In this document: positions 39,071-52,170 of the stretch, in pieces | Layout: the number at the start of each line of letters is the position of its first letter | Position numbering within the stretch: position 1 is the stretch's first letter | NCBI RefSeq assembly: GCF_001194135.2 | Contig: NC_069001.1 | Coordinates: 26,648,653 to 26,712,173 of the forward strand | Reading direction: 5' to 3' | DNA: 63,521 nucleotides | DNA from: Octopus bimaculoides | Taxonomy: Eukaryota | Notes under the pieces: model-generated | Databases searched by the model: none | What the model saw: the letters and a program-made list of their open reading frames with translations, nothing else | Told to the model about the DNA's origin: nothing | Made by a program: the position numbers and the translations under genes

Positions 39071-41633
39071 TGATATTCTAAATGAAAAATTTAGTCAAGC
39101 TTTGATAAAACATACCGTATTTCGTTGTTTTATGAATTATAATTTTTCTGACTTATTAAAATCCCTTGTAAATATTCAACGGGGTTAATGTCATTCTGAA
39201 GCAGCATGGCCATCAGAAATATTGGTGAGTTTGTACTTGATGTCCTTATTAAGTTTAGATACGAAACCATCAACGCCATCAGAGTGTGCTATAAACTATT
39301 GGCTTTTCAATAACAATGCACAGCTGCAAAGCAAGAAAACAAACAGAACGGGGGAATATTTAATATTGTTCTGTTAATATATGATGGAGTCTATTTCCTA
39401 GTTTACAATTCATATTCCTTTGAAAGTGCAGCAACGATATTGGATTTGCATTAAAACAAGACAAAGCAAAAAAAAATGCTATTCCCCATAAATGTTTTGT
39501 CCTATAGCACATAGCTATTAGTGCCATTAACTATTTCATACAAACTTCAGCCATTGAGCAAGGCATTAATTTGTAGTTATTGTTTTTGTCGTTCTTTAAC
39601 ATCATCTCAGCCCTAAACGAGCCGACATAATGTCAAAGGCATTTCAAACGTTAATATATTTGCTTTTTACATTTTCAAATGATTTTTCAGGCAAAATATA
39701 TCAAAGACTGCTCTATGGAATGTTTCCTTGCCCTTTTAACAGAGTAGAGTTCGATGTGTGTTATATGGATATCTGTGGTATTTCTAGCAATTCACTCGAC
39801 TACAAAAAGGCCTCCGTGTTGTCTCGTGTCATGAATTTGTGTAATGCGTTAGCAACAGTACGATTTCTTCATGCATTCAAAGATAATAAATGCATTTCTA
39901 ATATTCTACAGCAGAGAATCAATTAACCGTTTGAAGGGAAATGTCAAACGGACGAACATTACATCAGCAATAAACATCGAAGGCTTTGAGACTTCCATTG
40001 TGTTTTAGGAGGACCAATAGTTGAATTCGTCCTGATTTAGTATACCTCACTTTGTAGAAAACTCCTATTGAAGCTTTTATTACTGAGACATTTTATAACA
40101 ATTAATCAACGTACAAAAACTCATGTTTGAACATGCGTCCAAGGCAAAATATTCCTGTTCTGGTCTCAATCCTAATTCAGACAGCTTGACAGTGACCACA
40201 CATCATACTTCAAAATTGTTATTGGTGACTGAGAAAATGGCCGTGCGTTATGCATTTCTCTTATATAGTCTGTAGATAAAACACATCATTCCAACGTATT
40301 TATTTGCCGTAAGTGTAAGTGCTATTGCCAGAGGGACCTGCAACAGAGGCGGAGGTGACTGAAGTGTGTTTGTTGACATGAATGCATTGCAGCGTGGATG
40401 GCAAAGAAGTACAAATAGCCACATACTTTGTCTGCAATAACAGTATTTGAAAACCATGGCAAAAAGCGTTTTTTCAACAAAAAGGTAGAAAAACGAATCA
40501 CTAAGACGTTCAGTCATCATCTTCATAATCATTATCAGCAAGGTGGCCATTATCATCGTCATCATCATTTGAAGAAGAAATCGCAAAAACAACAATACTA
40601 GCAGAATGCAGAATACAAAGACATAAAGAAACATGCGTTTTGTAAATCTGTTGCATTGTTATCAATCATTACTTGAAGTAGTTACTTCACTACTCCAACT
40701 TGACATGCCTGACGTTCTCTTATTCCCTTTCTATTTGTTTTATTCCTTTCTGATTCTCTACTACTTGGCCTCACTAGATATAACAGTGTGCCACCTTTAA
40801 GCAGTTCTACTCTTTTATCAATTGTAGTAATAGCTGCAGTTTTGTTGTGTTATTTATTTGTTTGCTCTGAACAAAATAACAAATGATTATTCGAAATATT
40901 TAAGTCCTACAGATTTATTCAGATGAGCACTGAGGATATTTTTTCTTTCTAAATTTACTTCTTGATTTCTTATTTATTCTTTGTTTATTGTTTATTAGAT
41001 TTTGTTATTAGCTATTGTTTGTATTATTTTCTTCTTCGTAACTACACTTGACAGTAATTATCATTGAGAAATTCCAACATGACATTAATGGATGATTTAA
41101 CCGTGTATAATTAACTTGTTACAACTCTGAACATTGTTAGTGATTCTGTAGACATTACGGGTTAATTTTATATATCATAGAGAGTAAATAAGCATTAAGT
41201 ATGCGGATATACAAGTCGTCCTAAATATATCCTTTTTTTAAATTAAAAAAAAATATTTTTGTCAACTACATTTATTTATGCGTGAAGGGTTTTATACTTT
41301 TAACTCCTAAATTATAGTTGTAATTTAAAGTTTTATTGACCAAAAATACAGGACCAAAATGCAATAACAACAAAATACAACATGGAAAAGAGAAATGTAA
41401 ATTTTCTATTTCTAGGACGTTTTTTTAAAAATTAATTTGTTAATGAACTTAAATCAAGCTAAGTAGATTGATATGGAACGCAAGATCTTATAGTATCTTC
41501 AGTTTTTATGTAGATGATGTTCCTTATAGTATCCTCAGTTTTATGTGGATAATGTTCAGTAATCTTGTCTCTTAATCGACAATGATTAATAAAACACCTT
41601 CAACCTGTATGACTTAAATGTTGCTAGGACAGC

Positions 41634-41670
<37 letters not shown>

Positions 41671-43329
41671 GTACGTACCTCATACATACATACATATATA
41701 AGCATTTTCATGTACACTTATACATACATAGATCAATGAGGTAATAGCATGTAGCTTTATTAACAAAATCCTGTTGACTATAATGACAGCAATGAGGCTG
41801 AAGCAGTTAAGATGTAGAATGAATTTTTATGCGTCCGTTCATATTAGGTTCTTGGTTTCAAGTTCCTTATCGATATTATTTATTTTTCATACCAGTGTAA
41901 AGAAACTGTGTCTTTCTCATATACCGAGTGAGGATGAAAGCAACAATAAAATGTTATTTGCATACGTCACCGTGTTTCCTAACAGTTATATAGGAAACCT
42001 GCAATCAAATCATGCTAGCTTTGATTATCAAATATACTTACATGGAAGTCTTTATGTCCAGGTCGAACAAAGACCAATCTGACCTTGATTTAATCTATAA
42101 AGTCTATCTTCAGTTGAATAAAGTGTTAATGATAATAAAGATATGATTTAGTATGAGGTACAGGTGCCGTGTACAAATGGATATTGAAATTTCTATTTCC
42201 AAGTCATGAGCTGAGGCACTTTTAATGAAAGCAATTCGTTTGATGTCTGGAGCAAACTTACTGCGTATTCTATTTTGTCCATCCGTTTGTTTGTCAGAAA
42301 GAGAATATAGATTTGTATCGGGGATGATGTTACATGGGTTTTTTTAACAATTCATATAAATCACTTCTCATGTAAATAGTCAGATATTTACTTATAACGT
42401 TGGTGCATGATATAGACATTTATCTCACCACCTGAGTGAAGTCGAAAAGAGTTTAATATCAATACCTAGTTTCGCTGACATCAATGAACTAAAGAAAATG
42501 TTACACTGCAAGAAAAATAAAATGAAGCAAAATATATATATATATGTGACGTACTACGTCGCAAAAATTGATTATTCTGATGTCAAAATGGAAAATGTGT
42601 CTTTTCCTGCTTTAGGAAGTTTTGAGGTGAATACAGTGAACCAGAGAGTGGAAAATTTCATATCGGCAGGGTGTCCTCTCCAAATTGTCACACTTAGGTA
42701 CTGATGCTGTCATGATCCATTTTAATTACGTGCAATCATATAGAGGGAAACCAACTCGCAAGAGATTGTTTAAATGCCAAATCTCTTAAGGCTCTACCGT
42801 TAAAAAAATAGCGTAAAATAGTGTAAGGTCATTAAATAATGTCATAGGTTTCATTTTTAATTTTATAGAGATAACACTAAATAGATAATACAAGAAATCT
42901 GCAAAATATCTACTTAAGGAAGAACTGAGTTAAAAAGACGAGAAACTATGATAACTAAAATACTAAACATATTAGAAATCTAGTAATTCGGATAAATAAA
43001 CACTAATATTTTGAGGAGTATTTCTCGAAACCATTTACAATTCGATGATTGCGATTCTTCATACGATGCAAATGATACACATGACAACTACTTCAGGAAA
43101 CATTTCGCATGTAACAATTGACCTACCGCCGCACACTTGTAGTCGCTGTTTAATACTTAAACCATGATGCATTTTAAAATAAATTGGCAGGATTCAACAA
43201 TGTTTTGGCAGATTTCTGACTTCAGTTCTTGTCGATATCAACATTAATCTTGATTTAACTGGAGACGTTGAATCATGGTACTGTGGTCGATATTAATGAG
43301 GATGATTTCTTCTCAATATATGTGTGTAA

Positions 43330-43752
43330 TAAGGCGGTGAGCTGACAGAATAGTTTGCACACCTGGCAAAATGCTTATCGGCATTTTGTGTCTCTTTACG
43401 TTCTGAGTTCAGATTCCGCTGAGGCCGTCTTTGCCTTTCATCATTTAGGGTTTAATAAATTAGGTTACAATCAAATACTGGTGATGATGTAATGGACTTC
43501 ACCGCACCCGCGAAATCGCAGGCCTTCTGCCAGATTTTGAAACCCATATGTGTGTGTGAAAAGGCGACGCGCTGGCAGAATCGTTTGCACGCCGGGCAAA
43601 ATGCTCGGCGCCATTTCGTACATCCTTAAGTTCTGACTTCAATTCCATCAAGTCAACTTTGCCTTTCATCTTTTCGGGATCAATAAAATAAGTACGAGCT
43701 GAACCCTTGGGTTGATGAAATTGCTGGCTTTCTGCCACAATTTGAAACCATT
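43330..43752 (+). mobile_element. Two head-to-tail SINE family A copies
   Basis: aaggcggtgagctgacagaa (43331) and aaggcgacgcgctggcagaatcg (43561) heads; aaaccc/aaaccatt tails. Confidence 0.9.
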
Positions 43753-44419
43753 ATATATGCATGTACGCTTGAAGAAATGTTGCAAAATTCTAGTTCGTGT
43801 TTTTATCATATACTAGCTTCAAATCTGTCCTGAGTAATTCCAGCCTTTAGAATATCACGATTTTGAGACAGGATACTTGTGGCTATATGTTCAAATAATC
43901 ATGTATGTTCAAATATATGTTCAAATAACAGGCTGTGATTTGGGAGAAATGTGCCTCCTATTTTAGCAGGTCAAGTAATGTGATAGCAGATACCTTATTG
44001 GTTTGCCATTATATGTAGTGAGTTATAGTAGATTTCTATAAACTGTTGAAAATGAATTCCTAATAAATATAGTGATGAGAAGGTAAGAGAATCTTATTTC
44101 TTACCTTCATAAATTGTGGCCTCGTAATTATTAAGTTTAATTAAAGTTTATCGCGGATTTCATAAATATTTAAGAATATTTATTGATAATAACTGAAATA
44201 TGAAACGGCACATAACTCCTAGTCGTTTTATGTAATTATCTTTAAAAATTCGTATTTAAATTTTAATGCCATCAAGCTTCGGTCGTTAAAGAAAATAAAC
44301 GTAATTAGAATAATTAATGACAGAAAATAAACGTAATTTTCTTATTATAATCTAAGCATACTTCTCAATACACATTCCTTCGTTGACTGTAATTATACAA
44401 AATTGTGTGCATATACACA

Positions 44420-44489
<70 letters not shown>

Positions 44490-45572
44490 CATATATTCAA
44501 ACACACAAACATACACTTATAGATAAACACACGTATGTATGTATGTATGTATGCATATTCACATACGAGTTCAAATACATTTTCTCTCAATAGGAAACTA
44601 GATAGTGGAAAGATCATAGTCTTTATACAGTCACATATTTGAGTCAACACTATTAATCTTGGTAAGATGAAACATGTGTTGCGTCTTCCCTGATTGTTAC
44701 CCATCGAAAATCCTGTGTGTTGGAATGTGTTTTCAGTTTTTTAGTTAAATACTTAGAATTTTTTGCAATAGTGTGCTTGTTGTTCCATATAAGGTCATTC
44801 TTATATAACAGAAACAGGGTATATATAGTCATATTTAATTTCAATTTTCAGTGTGTTAAATGTCTTTTTATATTAGGAGTGGAGTTAAAGAAATGTGCGT
44901 ATCGGTTGTCAAATAGGAAGCGACCAAGCGTTAGCTATATTTAACTTAATATATAAAGTAGCGGAGAGAATTAGATTAAGTTCGACGTTTTCTTCTTTAA
45001 ACTGGATGACCGAAACGAGCTTATCTTCAAATTTCCTAGCTTATTATGCATTATGAAAGATATTTCTTTATAACCAGATGAACGTTGGCTTTATTATAGT
45101 TACCAGGTTTCTCAAAGATATGAGTGAAAGGCAATTTATACATAAAACTGGTTTAGGAAATTCTCTATAAGGAGTGTATTTTACTGCGTTGAAGATCAAA
45201 ATAATATCCTGTAAATTTACGATATTGATATGATAAGGGCAATTAATTTTTACCTATCGTATTTTAGCGACATCTTTAAATATATCGAATGTGTCTGAAT
45301 GCAGCTCACCATCCATCTATGTTTAATCCACTATTTACTTAGGCAAATGTCTTATTTTGTATTTGTTCTGCGTCGATTATACCATTTTTAACAGAGAATA
45401 AACCTATATACAGCTGTGGATTGACTTCTGGAATTCTAATTTAGAGCATGATTATTCTTTCATCATTAACTCTTGAAGGATATCCCGGTTAGAAATGTAT
45501 AGATAGGTGGATAGAATGCGACAATACCGAACGCTAAAATCACTATGAAATATGTTTCGCATTAATATACTA

Positions 45573-45892
45573 ACTAGCAGAGAAACCCGGCCTTGCTCGG
45601 GATTAAAATAATTTATCATTGTTTTATTTGTTTCGGTATTTCATTCGGATCCGCGCAGGCCAAACTTTAAAAGATGAGGAATTTTGCCCTGGAGGCTACA
45701 CTTTGCAATTGAGCAAACTCAACGTTGCTATGCAAACTTGCCAGCACTTTTAACATAAGTGTGCAAATTTTCAGCTCAATCCGACCACATTTACTAACAC
45801 GTTTTGCCTGTACACTTGCGAGTCAACGTCCGCCCTTTTCACAAATATGTTGTAGACTTACAGAGATACCCGGCCTTGCTTGAGATTAAAAT
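45573..45892 (+). mobile_element. Non-autonomous Helitron/Helentron-like (DINE/HINE-type) element with duplicated 5' motif
   Basis: Starts actagcagagaaacccggccttgctcggg; internal aaattttcagctcaatccgacc; the 32-bp start motif recurs at 45861-45892. Confidence 0.55.
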
Positions 45893-45996
45893 GGCATATA
45901 TATAAATGCAGATATATGCACTTTATATATTTATACATTACACATATATATATGTATACACATTATATACATATTCATATATAGATACACACACAC

Positions 45997-46031
<35 letters not shown>

Positions 46032-46723
46032 TATATGATACGTATATATATATATANNNNNNNNNNNNNNNNNNNNNNNNNNNNNNNNNNNNNNNNNNNN
46101 NNNNNNNNNNNNNNNNNNNNNNNNNNNNNNNNNNNNNNNNNNNNNNNNNNNNNNNNNNNNNNNNNNNNNNNNNNNNNNNNNNNNNNNNNNNNNNNNNNNN
46201 NNNNNNNNNNNNNNNNNNNNNNNNNNNNNNNNNNNNNNNNNNNNNNNNNNNNNNNNNNNNNNNNNNNNNNNNNNNNNNNNNNNNNNNNNNNNNNNNNNNN
46301 NNNNNNNNNNNNNNNNNNNNNNNNNNNNNNNNNNNNNNNNNNNNNNNNNNNNNNNNNNNNNNNNNNNNNNNNNNNNNNNNNNNNNNNNNNNNNNNNNNNN
46401 NNNNNNNNNNNNNNNNNNNNNNNNNNNNNNNNNNNNNNNNNNNNNNNNNNNNNNNNNNNNNNNNNNNNNNNNNNNNNNNNNNNNNNNNNNNNNNNNNNNN
46501 NNNNNNNNNNNNNNNNNNNNNNNNNNNNNNNNNNNNNNNNNNNNNNNNNNNNNNNNNNNNNNNNNNNNNNNNNNNNNNNNNNNNNNNNNNNNNNNNNNNN
46601 NNNNNNNNNNNNNNNNNNNNNNNNNNNNNNNNNNNNNNNNNNNNNNNNNNNNNNNNNNNNNNNNNNNNNNNNNNNNNNNNNNNNNNNNNNNNNNNNNNNN
46701 NNNNNNNNNNTGTAGTCTACCTA

Positions 46724-47108
46724 GGTGGAGGCGCAATGACCCAGTGGTTAGGGCAGCGGACTCGCGGTCGTAGGATCGCGGTTTCGATTCCCAGACCGGA
46801 CGTTGTGAGTGTTTATTGAGCGAAAATCCCTAAAGCTCCACGAGGCTCCAGCAGGAGATGGTGGCGAACCCTGCTGTACTCTTTCACCACAAATTTCTCT
46901 CAATCTTTCTTCCTGTTTCTGTTGTGCCTGTAATTCAAAGGGTCAGCCTTGTCACACTGTGTCACGCTGAATATCCCTTAGAACTACGTAAAGGGTACAC
47001 GTGTCTGTGGAGTGCTCAGCCACTTGCACGTTAATTTCACGAGCAGGCTGATCCGTTCATCGAATCAACTAGAACACTCGACGTCGTAAGTGATGGAGTG
47101 CCAACAAC
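46724..47108 (+). mobile_element. SINE family B, full length with a perfect 10-bp TSD
   Basis: agtctaccta at 46714-46723 and 47109-47118; tRNA-Arg-like head; (AAC) tail. Confidence 0.95.
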
Positions 47109-47649
47109 AGTCTACCTAACATAGGAGCTAATTTTAGTCCAGCTATTTCGTTCTATAATTTGTTTTATTTCACTAATTAACACACTCTCTATTTTGTGAG
47201 ATTAATTTTGCTACATTTGTTATAAGTGAAAGAATCCTCTGCGGTTACTAGTGATGCGTATGTTTTGCTTTCAGAAACAAAAATACAACTGATACAATTA
47301 TATAATACTAAACTTTAGACTATCTATCTAAACACTGGAATGATCTCCTTGAATCTCCTCGTTTAGTATTTAGGTACCTAAAGGCTGCTCTTAAGAAACA
47401 ATAATGATTTTAAGAAATAATGCTGACGCCTGTGGTACAGTCTCAGATGCTGTCTTGGCAGACAATAGTATTAACTATTTACTTCTAATCATTATATTTA
47501 ACAACAATGTGGTTAGTTCTGATGCGAAAACAGTCGAATAATTAACTCGGTTCTTATATTTACTTGCGTTTACAAAATCCCATGATTCAGGAATACCACC
47601 AATGTTTACAGTTTCTGAAAACTTCACGTTAATTATTTTCCTTATTGTT

Positions 47650-48400
47650 CTGGCAGAAACTTTAGCATGCCTGGCGAAAAACTTGGTGGTATTTCGTCTG
47701 TATTTACGTTCTGAGTTCAAATTTCGCTGAGGTCGACTTCGTTTTTCATCCTTTCGGGGTCGATAAATAAAAGTAACAGTTGCGTACTGGGGTCAATCTG
47801 ATCGACTACTCCCCCAAAATGTCGGGCCTTGTGCCTAGAGTAGAGAGACGGTGAGCTGGCAAAATCGTTATCACGCCGGGCAAATTGCTTAGCGGCATTT
47901 CGCCAGTCCTTACGCTCTGAGTTCAAACTCCGCGGAGGTGGACTTTGCATTTCATCCATTCGGGATTGATAGATTAAGTAACAGTGAAAGACCGGAATCG
48001 ATGTGATCGATTAGTCCTCTTCCATAATTTCAGGTCTTGTGCCTACAGTGGAAAGGAATATTGTTGTTGTTGTTGTTGTTGTTGTTAAGGTCGCGAGTTG
48101 GCATAATCGTTAGCATGCCGGGAAATATGATTGGTAGCATATCGTCTTCATGTTCCAAGTTGAAATTCCGCTAGGGCTGACTTTGCCTTTCAACTTTTCG
48201 GAGTCTATAAAAAAAGGCATCAGTCGAGCACTGGGATCGATGTAATCGACAAGCCCCACCTCCCCAACAATTTCAGACCTTATGCCTATAATAGAAAGGG
48301 TTATTGTTGTTAGTAGTAAATTCCGCCAGGTGTTGGATGTAATCGACTTATCCACTTCTCCCGAGTTGCTGGCCTTGTGCCAAAATTTGAAACCATTATT
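47650..48400 (+). mobile_element. Array of four same-orientation SINE family A copies separated by (GTT)n/(ATT)n tails
   Basis: Heads near 47650, 47846 and 48086, plus a truncated copy at 48316. Confidence 0.92.
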
Positions 48401-48794
48401 GTTACTATTATTATATTATTATTATTAGTAGTAGTAGTAATAGTAGTAGCAGCAGCAGTGTTGGTGTTCTTGCTTTTGTTGCAAGCAGTAATTGTAGCAC
48501 TTAGTAAGCTGTGTAACATGATATTTTATGTTAGTCTCAAACAAATTGTACAACAATAAATAAAAAAAAATATTTTTAAGTACAATTTGAAGAAGAGGGA
48601 AACGGAACAATCATTTTAGTATCTGATGTCGCTGTTATATGAAAATATACCAGAAATATTAGAATTTTTGCATGAACAGGATTGGGTTGGAGATGAAGAA
48701 AGTGGGTTTGGTAGACAGGAACTTAAAGAAGCCCGTCGCATATATATATATATATATATCTATCTATATATATATATATATATATATATATCCG

Positions 48795-48917
48795 ACGCAC
48801 ATACATACATTCATACACGTGTATGTGTATGTATGTACGTATATATATATATAATATATATATATATATACGTACATACATACACATACACATATGTATG
48901 AATGTATGTATGTGCGT
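48795..48917. repeat. ~120-bp near-perfect palindrome centred on (TA)n
   Basis: acgcacatacatacattcatac...gtgtatgtgtatgtatgtacgtatatat is mirrored by its reverse complement ending gtatgaatgtatgtatgtgcgt. Confidence 0.9.
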
Positions 48918-49164
48918 AAGCATGCATTTATGCATGCATAGGTAAATATAGTTAAAATCAGTTTGACTCAGCTCAATCTTTTTATCATACGGCATACCTG
49001 CTGAGCGAGACGTATCGCACGTTTGCACTTTAAGTGATATGGCGGTTGAGTCGGACAGTCGTTACGCATACATGTAGTTCCTATCAAATGCGTTGAGTTT
49101 CACTCTTTTTCTTTTGTTGGTTCTTGCATTCATTCATGCAAGCACACTCGTCTGCGAGCACACA

Positions 49165-49199
<35 letters not shown>

Positions 49200-49818
49200 T
49201 CGTTTTTGACTGTAGGTTCATTTATAATGAAAACAATTTTACATTAAGCTAACAAGTTGTTGTATACTCTTCTAGAGTACACATTTATTATCAATAAACA
49301 AAAATGTTGGTGACATTGACTTCGAAGTTCCGGCCAGCTAAGCTATCATCGGACGGACACACACATATATATATATATATTAACGTATATATGTATGACA
49401 TTATTTAGTTCATTTCGATATTTCTTGCCAATAAAGAACCGGTTTCTAACCTAGGTTCTTTCATTGGAATTTCAACATCAACAACAGTGTATTTTTGTAT
49501 GTATGTGTGTATGTATGTATGTGCGTATGTATGTATGTGCAAAAATGTATGCGTGTAGATAGTTAGATAGATAGATGGATGTGATTCCTCACCCGCTTTG
49601 ATATCACGAGCTACAGCATAGCTGTTCTGTGTCTCTTCTCAAGAGAAAAGTGTTATTGAGCAAGGTTATACACCTGCATATACACACATGCAGGTACATA
49701 GCAACAAACATAGTCCTGAACATTTCACTCAACACACAACAATACGTCACAGTGGCTGAAAGAGAAAAACAAAACCACTAACCACATCGACATTACAATA
49801 AAATTTCTTAACCATTGA

Positions 49819-49866
<48 letters not shown>

Positions 49867-50273
49867 TCCATAAATCTAATATTTTCAGTGGTTTGATACA
49901 AATTAAGGCTGGCACCACGATAAATATGACAAGTTTCTATCGATCATAATGAATGACACACATTTAACGGGAAATGTGTGTGAAATTATTTCAGTACTGT
50001 GCATAACTTTATTAAATAATCGTTGGTGTCTTGGTTATCTTTCAAATTTCATCGAAGTGAATTCAGTGCACATATGGCTAAGGGAAACGACAATTTATTT
50101 CTAATCTAGCAATTTCCTTTACACTTTACTATGCGAATAAAACGTTATCTTTCTTTTTTCTCTTTCACTCGCATGCATACGCAGTCATCTCATTTATGTA
50201 CATAGTCAAACGGTATAAGCATTTACCTAATTTCTCTCTATCTCTATTTCTCCCTCTTTCTTTTCCTTTCACT

Positions 50274-50326
<53 letters not shown>

Positions 50327-50396
50327 CCTCATCTTCTTTCTATTTCTTTCTCTCATTTTCTCTCTTTCTCTCTTAACTCATGTGTGTGTATTTGGA

Positions 50397-50480
<84 letters not shown>

Positions 50481-51004
50481 CGTGTGTACGTGCGTATCTA
50501 CAAATATATCTACGTGCACACGCATACATACATACATACGTACACATATGCACACATACATACATATACATAGATGCATACATTCATACATACATAAATA
50601 CATACATACAGGCCCAAGAGGGAAGTGATTTAGTTCAGCTTCCGTCAAAAATTTAGCTGAAGTTGAATAATACATACGACACTTTCAGGTGTTTATATAA
50701 TAGCCAAACAATGATCAGGAACGAAGTGATCACTTAAAACTGGAGCCTACTAAGTTTTTTTCATTTCCTCAGTTATTTCTTCATTATGTATTGACGTATT
50801 AAGCTGTATACACAGGCAGAATTAATTTTCTACTTCGTGTTCAAACTTAATATGAGAATTCAATACGTAAGACATTTTAATCATTAAGATTAGCTTAATC
50901 CGAGCAAAATTTGCTTCATAAAATCGGCGCTGTGTAACATATTTGAACTACTCCTGAGCTCACAATAATAATAATAATAATAATAATAATAATCATAATG
51001 TTTT

Positions 51005-51140
51005 CTATGCCTGAAGTTTGGGGGAGGGGTTAGTCGATTACATCAACCCCAGTACTCAACTGTTACTTTATTTCGCAACGGGCGAAATACCTCTAAGCAT
51101 TTTGTCCAGTGTGCTAACTATTCTGCCAGCTCACCGCCTT
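51005..51140 (-). mobile_element. Internally deleted SINE family A
   Basis: ttagtcgattacatcaaccccagtactcaactg...gctaactattctgccagctcaccgcctt. Confidence 0.88.
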
Positions 51141-51141
51141 G

Positions 51142-51572
51142 ATAATTGCAAGGGACACAGAAAGAGGGACATACAAATTGCCTAATAATTGACTTAACAG
51201 TGCCTGAAGCATATCATGAAAGAAAGAGAAAAAGTTGATGAATATGGAGAACTGAGAATTGAGATCGCTAAGATGTGGCTGCTACGAAAGTCGAACATAA
51301 AGGTTATCCCAATTGTCATCGGAGCATTGGGTTCAATACCGCCCAATCTGAAAAAAATATCTGAAAACATTATAGATACCCTACAATCTTGATGTATTGA
51401 AAAAGTTAGCATTGCTTGGAATTGCACGCATATTGTTTAATGTACTTTCTGTGTGAGGTCCTTGTTGTGACTTGACAAACTGTACAAACACCCGGTAGAT
51501 ACAATATCTTCAATCAATAACCTCGCGATATTGTATACTGTGCGACGTCTATCATAATAATAATAATAATAA
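51142..51572 (+). mobile_element. 3' end of a Dong/R4-clade non-LTR retrotransposon (restriction-like endonuclease domain) with (TAA)n tail
   Basis: With frameshifts: IIARD/KEGHTNCLIIDLTVPE/KEREKVDEYGELRIEIAKMWLLRKSNIKVIPIVIGALGSIPPNLKK/LKTL*IPYNLDVLKKLALLGIARILFNVLSV*. This matches the RLE PD..D and C-terminal VIPIVIGALG / K.ALLGTA.IL motifs. About 100 bp of 3' UTR, then (TAA)6. Confidence 0.88.
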
Positions 51573-51644
51573 CATTGAATATACTTTCTCATATATATCA
51601 ACTCTAGTGCTTAAGTGGCAGTATTTGATTGGCGTATTAAGCGA

Positions 51645-51665
51645 GGGTTAGGGTTAGGGTTAGGG
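51645..51665 (+). repeat. Interstitial telomere-type (GGGTTA)3GGG
   Basis: Exact gggttagggttagggttaggg. Confidence 0.9.
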
Positions 51666-51689
51666 TATCGCTATCATACTAACCAAAAT

Positions 51690-51880
51690 CATTAGCAGCA
51701 TTCTCGTCTGGCTCATTATCGTCTGGCTCATTATCGTCTGGCTTTCAGTTCTGAATTCAAATTCAAAGCCGAAATGGATTTTCAGGGTCGTTAAAATAAG
51801 TTCCAACTGAGCACTGAGATCGATGTAATCAAATTACATACACCCGCGAAATTGCTGGCCTTCTGTCGAAATTCGAACTC
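51690..51880 (+). mobile_element. SINE family A remnant with an internal 15-bp tandem amplification
   Basis: tcgtctggctcatta x2.7 at 51704-51743 inside attagcagcatt...gttctgaattcaaattc...gtcgatgtaatc...gctggcctt. Confidence 0.7.
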
Positions 51881-51976
51881 ATTACCCGCTAAGCATTTTC
51901 TAGCGTGCTTCTGATTCGCTAAAGCTCACAAAATAATAATAATAATGATGATGATGATAATAATAATAATTATGAC

Positions 51977-52004
<28 letters not shown>

Positions 52005-52010
<6 letters not shown>

Positions 52011-52170
52011 GGAACAAACCAGGACATGTTGATAGGGTTGAGTCAGTTATTACATCGACCTCCGGTCTTCAACTACTATTTATATAATGAACTACGAAAT
52101 GATGAAATACAAAATCGACTGCGCCGAAATTTGAACTCGGAGCTTAAAGCCGAAAGAAATGCAGCACAGC
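52005..52170 (-). mobile_element. SINE family A, degenerate
   Basis: ttattacatcgacctcc...aatcgactgcgccgaaatttgaactcggagc. Confidence 0.7.

Noticed and set aside
39195-39310. ATG GCC ATC AGA AAT ATT G|GTGAGT possible first coding exon
   Set aside because: Only a donor motif and a 6-codon frame; no promoter, acceptor or homology support.
42046-42340. Two consensus minus-strand GTAAGT donors and a QTDGQ integrase-like pentapeptide
   Set aside because: No matching strong acceptors with open frames; QTDGQ derives from low-complexity gacaaacaaacggatggac.
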